DNA of 64,000 bases from Cirrosporium novae-zelandiae (lineage: Eukaryota): contig JAPETS010000007.1 in NCBI GenBank assembly GCA_026023565.1, forward strand, positions 124,001-188,000, read 5' to 3'. The notes under the pieces are model-generated. The model was not told the origin of the DNA and made no database searches. It saw only the letters and a program-made list of their open reading frames with translations. A program made the translations under genes and the position numbers. Below are positions 53,824 through 64,000 of this stretch, in pieces. How positions within the stretch are numbered: position 1 is the first letter of the stretch; each line of letters opens with the position of its first letter.

Positions 53824-54501
53824 GTTGACAAGATGAGGATGCTTAGAAGGTTGAGTCCAGAGGGAATACTACTATGGATAATAACGGAGTGAAAGTAGTC
53901 CAGTGGTTGAAGAGTAGCGGTCGTGTAGGGAGGAGCGTTGTGGAGATGGGATGTGGGACCAGGTGTTAAGGTGAAGAGTGAAAAAGACGCGTAAATGCTC
54001 CAGAGGATACCGTTCTTTCAAAGCAAGACAACAATTTATGGTGAAACTGGTGAAAAGGAATAAAGGATCTGGAAAAGAAGTGATTTAAGTATTTAAAATG
54101 CGGTAACTAATAGTTACATGGTAAACAGGAAGTTTGTTGCGGCAGCGACAATCTGAAAGGATAGACTAAACCAATTTCAGACTAATTTGATTCACTTGCG
54201 CAAAAGCTGCGCGGAACTTCATCACCTCTTTAACTTCAACACCTCCATCTTGGAACTTACCCTCACCTTCCATCATATCGTTGCACCTTCATCAACAACC
54301 CCGTCTTTAAGTTTTCCAATTGTCCATAAGTCGATTTCGTCCTTCCCTTTCCTTCGGCTGTTTACCTGACGTTTGAAGCGGTATGTTATTACCTAAACCC
54401 AGTCTTGCTAAAGCTTTGAGCTGACTGACCTGGTGAAGAGCTCTTTTAGAGCTTAGGGTGTAAAGTTATTTCTTACATTTAGGCGCGCTCATTCGCGCAT
54501 T

Positions 54502-57500
54502 ATGGCGGATCATGAAGCTGAAATGGCACAATTAAACTCCATGCAAGACGGAAATGAAGTGGATGGAATTAGCTCTAGTGAACAGCATGCCGGAGATGTA
54601 TCAGATGATGATTATGAGCCTTCGCAAACAGTGCACATTGAATCTCCTATCCGCCAAGAAGATCCAACTAGCAATACAAAGTTGAATGCTTCATCTCTCC
54701 CTACATATGACTCTGCAATCCCCCAAAGCGACACAACTTTGGCAAGCACGCTGGTTCAACCACAAGGCACTACTGACTCCCAGGTCCCTTCGAGAACTAG
54801 TTCAAGAGCATCTGCACCAGAAACTGTGAAGTCTCGCACCATAGGTGGCTTTATTGTTGATGATGATGAGGATGATGTTGCGGGTTCTCCTTTGCAACAG
54901 GATGGAGCTTCTGGACTGCGGGGGGGATTCGGTGACCCAAAACAACATTCTAGATCCCAAACACCTGGTCATGAGGTTTCTAAAAATGGTCTATCAATAC
55001 AAAATTCTCAAGTTCAAGGGTCAGATGGTGTCCTTAGTAGCGTTGCTCATGGTCTCTCCAATTCTGCTGCTCTTGTTTCTCAGTCTGATGCCTTGTCAAA
55101 GAATGACAGAAATTCCAATACTAACCAAGTGTCAAATTCTCCACAACTAAAAGTATCTTCAACTCAAGCTACTGCTACTACTACTCCTGATGCTCTCACG
55201 CCCATTGCGACTTTACCAACAGCTCGGCTTCCGCACGATCGTATTGGAATATTGGAAGATCGAATTAAGGAGGATCCTCGTGGTGATATGGATGCTTGGT
55301 TAGATCTCATTAGCGAACATCAAAGGCGCAACAAACTTGACGATGCCCGAAGTGTCTACGACCGATTCTTTGAAGTTTTCCCAACTGCGGTAGGTTTCGG
55401 CATTCTCCATTTCTCCCCTCTTTCACTAATATCATCTAAGGCTGAACAATGGGTCTCGTATGCTAGTATGGAGAGTCAAGATAATGATCTCTATCGTTTG
55501 GAGCAAATTTTCCGGAAATCTCTTCTTGATGTTCCACATGTTCTGCTCTGGTCTTTTTATCTTGATTACATTCGCAGGCGCAACAATCTAACTACAGATC
55601 CTGACGGGAGGGCTCGTCAAACCATCTCTCAGGCATATGATTTTGCTCTGAAGCAAGTCGGAGTAGATAAAGACTCAGGTCAGTTGTGGCAAGATTATGT
55701 GCATTTCATTCGTACTGGTCCAGGCGTAATTGGCGGTGGGAGTTGGCAGGATCAACAGAAGATGGATCTTCTCAGGAAGACCTACCAACAAGCCATTTGC
55801 ATTCCAACACAGGCCGTTAATGCGCTTTGGAAGGAGTATGATCAATTCGAGATGGGTCTCAATAAGTTGACGGTTTGTATGCCATCAATGGATAGCTATG
55901 TCACATCTAATAAAATTCTCCAGGGCCGTAAATTCCTTCAGGAAAAATCACCTGCTTATATGTCAGCGCGAAGTTCATACACCGAGTTACATAATTTCAC
56001 TAAAGATCTACACCGGACGACGCTTCCTCGGTTACCTCCCACCCCCGGATTCGACGGGGATACTGATTATTTGAAGCAGTTGGATATTTGGAAACGTTGG
56101 ATCCAGTGGGAGAAATATGACCCACTTGTTTTAAAAGAAGAAGATCCAGCCGCGTATAGAACTCGAATTATCCATGTCTATCTGCAAGCCTTGATGGCAA
56201 TGAGGTTCTGGCCGGAATTGTGGTTTGATGCTGCGGAGTTCTGCTTTAGCCAAGGCATGGAAGAGAAAGGGAAGAAGTTCCTCGATCAAGGTCTTGCTGC
56301 TAATCCGGAGAGCTGCCTCCTAGCCTTCAAGAAAGCCGATCGGTTAGAAACTACCACGACGAACGATGAGGGCGACGAAGGTATCAAGATGCGTGGCGCC
56401 CTTGTGAGAGAGCCGTATGACAAGGTTCTTGATGCTCTTTATGATCTTATCGGAAAGGTGAAAACGAGGGAAGCGCAGGACATTGCTCAGATAGAGAAGC
56501 AGTTTGCTGAAAATGATGGGCAATCTTTAACCCCAAAGAGAGATGACGATGACGAGGATAAGGAGTATGATAACGTCGATAGTAGAGAAGCTTCCAAAAA
56601 GGCACAGATTGAAACTGTCCAGAAAGCAACTGCCCCGGAACTAGCAATGCTATCAAAAACCATATCTTTTGCTTGGATAGCACTCATGAGAGCCATGCGC
56701 CGCATTCAGGGCAAGGGAAAAATTGGGGACTCAATTGGTGGTTCCCGACAAATATTTGCGGACGCGCGTAAAAGAGGACGCATTACAAGTGATGTCTACT
56801 TGGCGAGTGCTTTGATAGAATACCATTGTTACAAGGACCCTGCTGCAACGAAAATATTTGAACGTGGAATGAGGCTCTTCCCTGAGGATGAAAACTTTGC
56901 CTTGGAACACCTGAAGCATCTCATGGCTATCAATGATATTACTAGTACGTTATTTCTGACCTCCTACCTCTTCTCGACAAAGCTAATTTTCATTAAGATG
57001 CTAGACTTGTCTTCACCACCACTGTGAACAGGTTGGAACAGAAGCCTGAAACCCTCCCAAAGGCCAAACCAATCTACTCTTTCTTTCACGAATATGAGTC
57101 TAGCTGGGGCGAACTCGAGCAAGTCGCTAAATTAGAGAAGAGAATGAGTGAACTGTTTCCTGAAGATCTTAAGTTGGCACATTTTTCACGTCGTTTCACA
57201 GTCCAAGATTTCGACCCAACTTCCATTCGTCCAATTATTTCTCGTACACAATCGAAACCTAGAGCCGAATTACCTATAGAGCAACGACAATCACCAGCTC
57301 CTAACTCCCCTTTGCCGAAATTTTGGCAGGCCACAAATTCTCCCAAGCGCCCACTTAACGCTGATGAGTCAGACAGCGAGTCAGGCAGGCCTAGGAAACT
57401 TGTGCGCGGGGACTCTCCTATGAGGAGTGCGCCACCCGTCAGACAAAATCAACAACGACGTCCTCAACAAGTCAACGGGCCCTCCTATACGTTTACACAG

Positions 57501-57833
57501 CCAGTTATGCCACCACCTACGCTTCCCCGCGAAATTTTAAATCTTCTCACCATAATTCCAAAGGCTTCCACTTACCATGCAACGAAATTTGTGCCAGAGA
57601 AAATGCTAGACTTGTTGAGACGGACTAATCTTCCAGCGACTCCACCAGTAATACCTCAGCAATCTCGGCCACCTCCTATGTCTATGCCTCCTACACAAAT
57701 ACCTCCATATGTTTCTAGCTCGTATAGTGCATATCCCCTACCAAACCAACCTTTCAACCCCTCAAATCTACGCCAGCAGTATCCGCCTCCAAATATGCCA
57801 ACTGTATATCCAGGTCAGAGGCCTTATCCTTAG
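54502..57833 (+). CDS. RNA14: mRNA 3'-end processing factor Rna14/CstF-77 (HAT repeats); at least 3 introns
   Basis: RLPHDRIGILEDRIKEDPRGD, HAT repeats, SWQDQQKMDLLRK, LWKEYDQFE..LNKLT|GRKFL, WIALMRAMRR and KIFERGM. Confidence 0.95.
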
Positions 57834-58380
57834 TCTAGGGTCATTGTATGTTCGGGACCTCGAAACCTTTTCTCGTAGAAACAAAATAGGAGCTTGGAGT
57901 GATGGGGTATAACCAGCGGTTCTGGGAAAAGCTATCGGGGGCTATGAATCACTTAGCTTTGTACGCATCAGGGGGATTTTGGATGGACTATTTGCATTTC
58001 CGTGGTATTGATAAGGAATCGAGACAGAAAAAGGCTCAAAGTTGGTTAGCTCTTTAATGAAGGTGTGCTCTTTATTACTCTATATACAATCTGTTGTTAG
58101 CGACTCGAGGCTGGGTTATTTGTTGAGGCCTCTTCTCTCATCCTTCAGTAAGTAATACGGACGTACATGGTGCACGATGTGGTGACTGGCGCGAGGAAAA
58201 GATGGGTAGGGTGGAACAACCTACTTGCATGATGGCGTCTTTTTTACACAGTAAAATCCATGAAATTTCTAGTTAGCTTAATGCAGAAGCTGTTACTACG
58301 GCTATTCCAAAACACCATCAGTAAGAAATTCTAAATAATACAAGGTAGTCTTAGGGCGTAATATTTATCCATACAAATCT

Positions 58381-60176
58381 TCAACAATCACATCTCCCAT
58401 AAAATCTCGGAAACGGAACCACATCCCTCAGACTTCCCACCCCTGACAAATATGCCAGCAGCCGGTCAAATCCTAGTCCGAAGCCGCCATGAGGTACACT
58501 TCCCCATCGTCGAAGATCCGCATACCATCGCATGCTCCCGATATCCTCATCTGGCCTCAAGTAGGGATATGATGATTCTGAATCCACTGGTATTTTCTCA
58601 GCTGGGGTTTGCCTAAGCAGCCCATGAGAACGCATGCTTGATATGAGATTCTCTAACCGGTGCTCACGGAGGGAGCCGCCTACTGTTTCTGCGAGTTCTG
58701 GAAGAAGAAGGTCGAAACAAGCTACCGTGGAGGTATCGGGGTGGTTACCTCCGCTGCTCGTAGCGTCGTTGCTCGATAATGATGGCAACATATAGAAGGG
58801 CTTGATTTTCTTTGGATAGTCAGTCACAAAGACAGGGCTACCAGATCCTACGACTTTGGCGATGTATTTCTCGTGTTCAAGCGCCAGGCCTTCAGCCCAG
58901 GTCGGCTGATGCTTAAAGGTTACTTGTCCACTGGCAGTGGCTTTGCTCAGGATGTTTATGGCATCGGTATAATTTATTCGAGGCCAATCCTTAGCTTCAA
59001 GGCCCATCCATCGGGATTGTAGGGCTTCCCAGCTTATTGTTTCGTGCTCGCCTTTAGGATCTGCCTTTTTGCGAGCAATCTTGAGTTCAGAGAGCATACT
59101 TGAATTGGCAAGGGAGACGGTGAGATGCCGGATCATGTCTTCGGTGAGAGTCATGAGATCATTAAGGGTTCTGGTATGGAGGGCTTCTACTTCTAACATA
59201 TAGAATTCTGCGAGGTGGCGGGGGGTATCGCTCTCTTCGGCCCTAAAAGTGGGTGATAGGGTCCATACTCTGCCTAGCTCGGCGGCATAAGCTTCGAGAT
59301 GTAGCTGGGAGGATACTGTTAGGTATTTCGGCGATCTGAAGAAGAGTTCCTGCGCATCTTTCCCATGATCCTGAACTGGCTCATTCTCGTTGCCGGATAC
59401 TGTGAAGACCTCCCCTGCTCCCTCGCAATCCGAGGACGTTATTATAGGTGGTTGGACCTGAATATATGTACCTTTGGGGTGATTGTGGAAAAATTGGGTC
59501 AGTTGGTAAATGCTTTCGGATCTCAAGCGTGACAGATAGGAGTTGAATTGGGTGCGGATTCTCATATGAGGAATCGATCGAAGGAAATCAGGGCTATGGT
59601 ACTTCTTTTGGAGAGGATATGTCTGTATCACAATAAATAGGCGAATCTAGTGATTTAGGGAATAGTAAGTCTTTACATACTTGACGATCTGCCTCACCGA
59701 TAACCTTCACGTCATTGGCCTTGAGCTCATATTGCTGCTCTAGGCCTGGCGGGGAGGGTGTGATATGTCCTGCCAACTCGACAGCACATCCTGTAGACAA
59801 CCTACAACAGCTTATCAGCTTTCGGCCTACTTGGTAACTTCATGTAATAAATGGTTCACCTTGAGACTTGCATAGGGTCCTCAAATACTACCTGGAGCGA
59901 TTGTGAGGTAGAGCCATCTGAAACTTCCGCAAACGCAACCTTCTTGCTTTTCCGAACTGTTCTTACATTGCCATTGACCTTGATACTATCTTCTGGGCCA
60001 TACTTTGAACCCTGAGATGCGATAATTGAAGCAATGGTTTGCCTAGCACCTGTTGTTGCGGAGGTTGTTATCGGAAACCGTGGAGTCGCAAACCAACTCT
60101 TGCTACCTAAGCTGACAACTTGGTGAAGAGGCCGTCTCATTAGGCTATTGTGAGGGAAAACACAGCGCCATAGCAT
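58381..60176 (-). CDS. SLM5: Mitochondrial asparaginyl-tRNA synthetase; 2 introns
   Basis: Presequence-like N-terminus, OB fold (VRTVRKSK..FAEVSDGS), SSDCEGAGEVF, YLTVSSQLHLE, PTFRAE.SDTPRHLAEFYMLE and PHGGFGLGFDR. Confidence 0.93.
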
Positions 60177-60593
60177 GACTCTATTACCTGCTTCTCTAAT
60201 GCACTTGTAAGTGTTTGGTTGAGGATCGAGGATGTTGCGACTTGGAGATCCTGCGGCAGTTCACGGAAGGGTTTAGGTCAAAATTTCTAGGGCAATGACT
60301 CTCTGTATTAATTGAAAAAGACATGAATAATTACTGAACAGCGATGGCTAGCTCAGTTTACAAAATTCATGTTTCAAATCATTAAGATTCTTTTGATCTA
60401 ACATAAACTACAAAGTTGCGAAACGGCAAAATCCATACGCCATTTATACAGCTTCCGAGCATCCACTGAATCAACAGAGAATGCACCTTCCTGCTCCTGA
60501 CGCCTAGTCATGACATAGATATAGTACATCTGCAGCCTTTTGGCCAAACTAAATCTTCTCACGTAAGAGTGCATGAAAAAGCAAGTTACGTAT

Positions 60594-61022
60594 TTACCGG
60601 GCTGCTTCCAAGCCTTGAGCACCTTCTGCATGAAGTTTTTTTAGTGTCAGTTCCCTCTGGTGTTCCATCACTCGTCTTTTCTTAAAATATGTGACCTAAA
60701 TAGTTATCAGCATACAATTCAATTATTGGAGCCCCTCGAATATAATAGGCCTAGAAAAATGTTATCGTTCTGGAGGACGTACCCAACTAGTTGCACAGTC
60801 TTTATCAAACTGCTGACTTTCTTTGGAACAGAGTCTGTCGGCATTATCTTTCTCCTTAATGCTGTCAATGATGTTGTTTTTCGTCAAGCATCCAAAATAT
60901 ATATCCCGAGCTTCCCAACAATGCGCTCTTTTGCTCCGGTCTGGAGCGATATAAGCTCCATCGTGGGTAGCTTTCGGGGCCTCTGGAGTCCCTGGCTTAG
61001 GTCCGGACGAGAAGAAACCCAT
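60594..61022 (-). CDS. COA6: Cytochrome c oxidase assembly factor Coa6 (COX6B-like); 1 intron
   Basis: APDRSKRAHCWEARDIYFGCL...C...F...CATSW|VTYFKKRR. The 3' end is approximate. Confidence 0.85.
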
Positions 61023-61609
61023 ATCGGCAGGGGAAATGCGCTTAAAGCCCAAATATGGGATGGATGTAGAGTAATAGTGGGCGGCGCAATCGGTTAAGCG
61101 GGGAGGGAGACGTAGAGTTAGAGGAGGTGGGTGTGAATAAAGTTTGCAAGAAGCGGAATTACATATAATATGAGAGGAGAGGAGATAATTAATAGAACTC
61201 GAACCTGGTTAGGGAGAAATACAATGAGGATTGAGTGGATTGTAAGATTGAATAGTCTAGGTACTTAGGTAGATATTGTATGAAAAATAATCCGAATATG
61301 TGCATACATAGAAGGCTCCCCCAATCACGGGCAAGAAACTTTCCGAATAATTAGCGACGTCAACCTTCTTTCTTGCCTGTGGTGGTGCCCGTGCTGCCCG
61401 CTCCTGCCCGTCTTCCCGTCTTCCCGTCTTCCGACAAAAGAACAACAAACGCCCCTCAACTTCTACTAACCTCAACCTATTTTTAATTATGATGAACATT
61501 CTCTCTATCTGACTACAAAATCTTTACTATCCTCAAATCTTGATAGCTTATAAATTCTTTCGCATGGGCGGTTTATTTCTATAGAACCGCAAGCCGACAG
61601 GCAAAATTG

Positions 61610-62296
61610 ATGCCTCGTCGACGACTCCCGCCCCGAGCTGGTGCTCTCACGGAACTCCCTCCTTTAAGGATTCTACGACAAATAGTCCTCCTTCAAATTT
61701 CTTACTACGTTTGCGCCTTCGTCCTTATATTATTTTCCACAGCTGTAGCTGGCAGAAAGTTTGAGCTGGGGCTCCTATGGAGCTGGCAGAGTTTACGTGG
61801 AGATAACACGATCGGATGGACTCTTGGATTGGTTTGGATGCTGAATAGCATTATAGGGTATGCTCCCATTTTATCTTGACTTGGTTCCTTAAAAGTAGTT
61901 AATCCCATGCCTGTGAACAGGGTCGTTTTCCTCCTACTTCTAGTGTCCCGTTCGAAGCTCATCCCTGATTTCGCACTTACAATTCATTTCATACACCTGA
62001 TCGTTACTATTTTATATTCTCGCTCTATACCTGCGACCTGGCTATGGTGGTGTTTACAGGCAGCCAGCGCATTTTTAATGACTTCTCTTGGTATTTGGAG
62101 CTGTCGCTACCGTGAACTGCAGCCCATTAGCTTCGGCGGAAAAGCTAATAATACAAGCGCACCTTCTCGGGCGGAACAGGGGGGCGAGGGCGAGGGCGAA
62201 GGGGAAACCTATGGAAGAGGATACGGGGGAGGAAGAGATGGAGCTGGTGAGTATGAAATGATAGGTACAGGACAAGCTGCAGGATCAGCTGTTTAG
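61610..62296 (+). CDS. SYS1: Golgi membrane protein Sys1; 1 intron
   Basis: PLRILRQIVLLQ, VSRSKLIPDFALTIHFIHL and LGIWSCRYRELQPISF. Confidence 0.9.
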
Positions 62297-62760
62297 GTTT
62301 TGGGTGAAATGGACAGTGCAGCTTTTGGATGGTATCCTACGGCGCTCAGGTGTGTTTAGATACCCCGGGTTGGGATTTTCATCAGAGTATGGGGCTGCCG
62401 AGTCTTGCTTGCAGCATCTATTAGGTCAGGAGAAGTAGGTAAGCTGCTGTGTTTGGGCTACCTACTCAACCTTTAAATTTGGTAGCCAGGAATTACTTAA
62501 TGGTTGTTTTAAAGGGACTATGAGGATAGTGAATTGAAGTATTAGCGGATTAATGTAATAAGTATTATGAGTATCTGTTCAGGTCTCATTCGTGAATCTC
62601 CAGCTGGAGGTTTAAAAATTAACTATGTAGGGGTATCAAATCATTCAGCAGTATTTTTCATTTATTTTCTCACTGCATCATGGTCTGAGTCAAAGCATCA
62701 TCGACATATCCAAAGGTGCATAAACGCTTCTTGAAAGCAAAGTCATCAAATAAGGGATTC

Positions 62761-63395
62761 TTATTCACAGAAGATGCTTTCGATCTCCCTCCCTGCAAGG
62801 AACCATGGAGTAGTGGGATCCACGAAATTCACGTCGCCGAACCCTGGCATGATCCAAAGCCTTTCGGTTCGTCCGATCCCAAAGCGACGTCGGTTTGACA
62901 TGCTTTGCTCTTCTTGGGAAAACTTGGGCCGGAGATAGCAGATAATATACTGAGTTTCTTCGTAGGGGCGGAATTCCTCAGATGGGGTTGAGCGAATGTG
63001 AGCGGTGTGGATGCGCGCAGTGTGTGGATGAGGTGGAAAAGTGGGTAAGAGATCTGGTGGGGTAAATCAGATACCCACATATCAATACTAGGGTTAAACT
63101 AAAGCATACCTGTCATAACTATTTCATGCAGCGGAAGAGTTATAAATGTGTGTAAATTCCCCCCGTTGGAATCTGTGCTTTCGAAGGATAACCCAACTTG
63201 AATCTCGGGCCTGGGAACATCGGCTTCGAGCTGCTGGCTAACGGAAACAGTCGATCCTTGCTGATGAATGCCGGAGCTCGAGAAGGAGGGTATTATATTA
63301 CTTTCATGTTGAGTAAATAGGCGAGGAATAGAAAGAGAGTGTGTTGGCAGAAAATAGTACGACAAAAAAAGAGTGACTATAGTGTAGAGATACAT
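62761..63395 (-). CDS. Orphan small secreted protein (about 190 aa); 1 intron
   Basis: Signal-peptide-like MYLYTIVTLFLSYYFLPTHS. The intron gtatgc...ctgat...ccag joins to an open exon ending WFLAGREIESIFCE* (stop at 62761-62763). Confidence 0.6.
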
Positions 63396-63917
63396 GATGG
63401 TGATTGAGAGAGAGGGGAAATCTCCAAAAGAAAAACTGGCAATGAGCGTATGATGGCCATTTGCTCAAGGATATAGATTGCTTTAATGTATGACAAAATA
63501 AAGTTTCTCCTGAACAGAAAGCAGGGAACAAGGTATATGGGGACAGGACTTGCAGTCGATGTGCTTTAAAGTAAGGAGGAACCAAAACAATGCGGAGTGG
63601 GTTGAGATGGTGCCATAATTTTCGAGTTGATAAATGGGCCAGGCCGTCGAAGGCTTTGATGGGCTTCAATGGGCTTTGTTTGGGGGGGCTGAAAGAGGGT
63701 TGTAGAGTTTATACCATCGATATGTCATCCAATCTGGTCGAGCTGACGGCCTTGTCAACAATAAGCTTCATCTTGAGCTTAAATAGCAATTGGCTAGATC
63801 GGGCTACTTTTGGCGAGCTCACTAGAACTAATTACATACCAGATCGTGCCTGATCCTCCATTTCATATTACTATTAGTGTCATTATTGGTATTACAATCT
63901 GACAGTCTAACACTCCC

Positions 63918-64000
63918 ATGGCCTCCACTGCCGAACCCCAAGAACCCTCCTCGACCTACATCAACTACGACACCATACTCGATCCCTCCTTCTCCTCCCC
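63918..64000 (+). CDS. 5' end of a gene, probably COG complex subunit 5 (runs off the window)
   Basis: MASTAEPQEPSSTYINYDTILDPSFS resembles my recollection of the fungal Cog5 N-terminus (SYIDY..FLDP.FS). Only 27 codons are visible. Confidence 0.5.
   Translation, partial: MASTAEPQEPSSTYINYDTILDPSFSS

Noticed and set aside
245..63853. Many antisense or alternate-frame ORFs in the supplied track
   Set aside because: They overlap well-supported genes or lack motifs. No rRNA, tRNA, transposase or CRISPR-like array was recognised anywhere in the window.

Overview
Gene-dense DNA from a filamentous ascomycete (Pezizomycotina). Introns are mostly about 45-70 nt with CTRAY branch points and the standard genetic code reads throughout. 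About 27 protein-coding genes are supportable, mostly conserved housekeeping genes: FKS1 (5'-truncated), an MFS transporter, a SAS2-like MYST acetyltransferase, CCT6, NOP56, OTU1, RSC1/2, a TPR-DnaJ co-chaperone, HAUS1, SLM1, threonyl-tRNA synthetase, GAR1, CHO1, a WSC sensor, SRO7, ASF1, RNA14, mitochondrial Asn-tRNA synthetase, COA6, SYS1 and the start of a probable COG5. The less ordinary elements are: a divergent dynamin/Mx-like GTPase among core genes; two TA-flanked miniature inverted-repeat elements (MITEs); an apparent frameshift in a Kelch single-pass membrane protein gene; a GC-AG intron in FKS1; a 9-nt micro-exon in CHO1; an uncharacterised DxD-type membrane protein next to FKS1; and an orphan secreted protein. 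I see no clear multi-gene novel system. Gene names come from motif recognition and exon models were spliced by eye; no database search was run.
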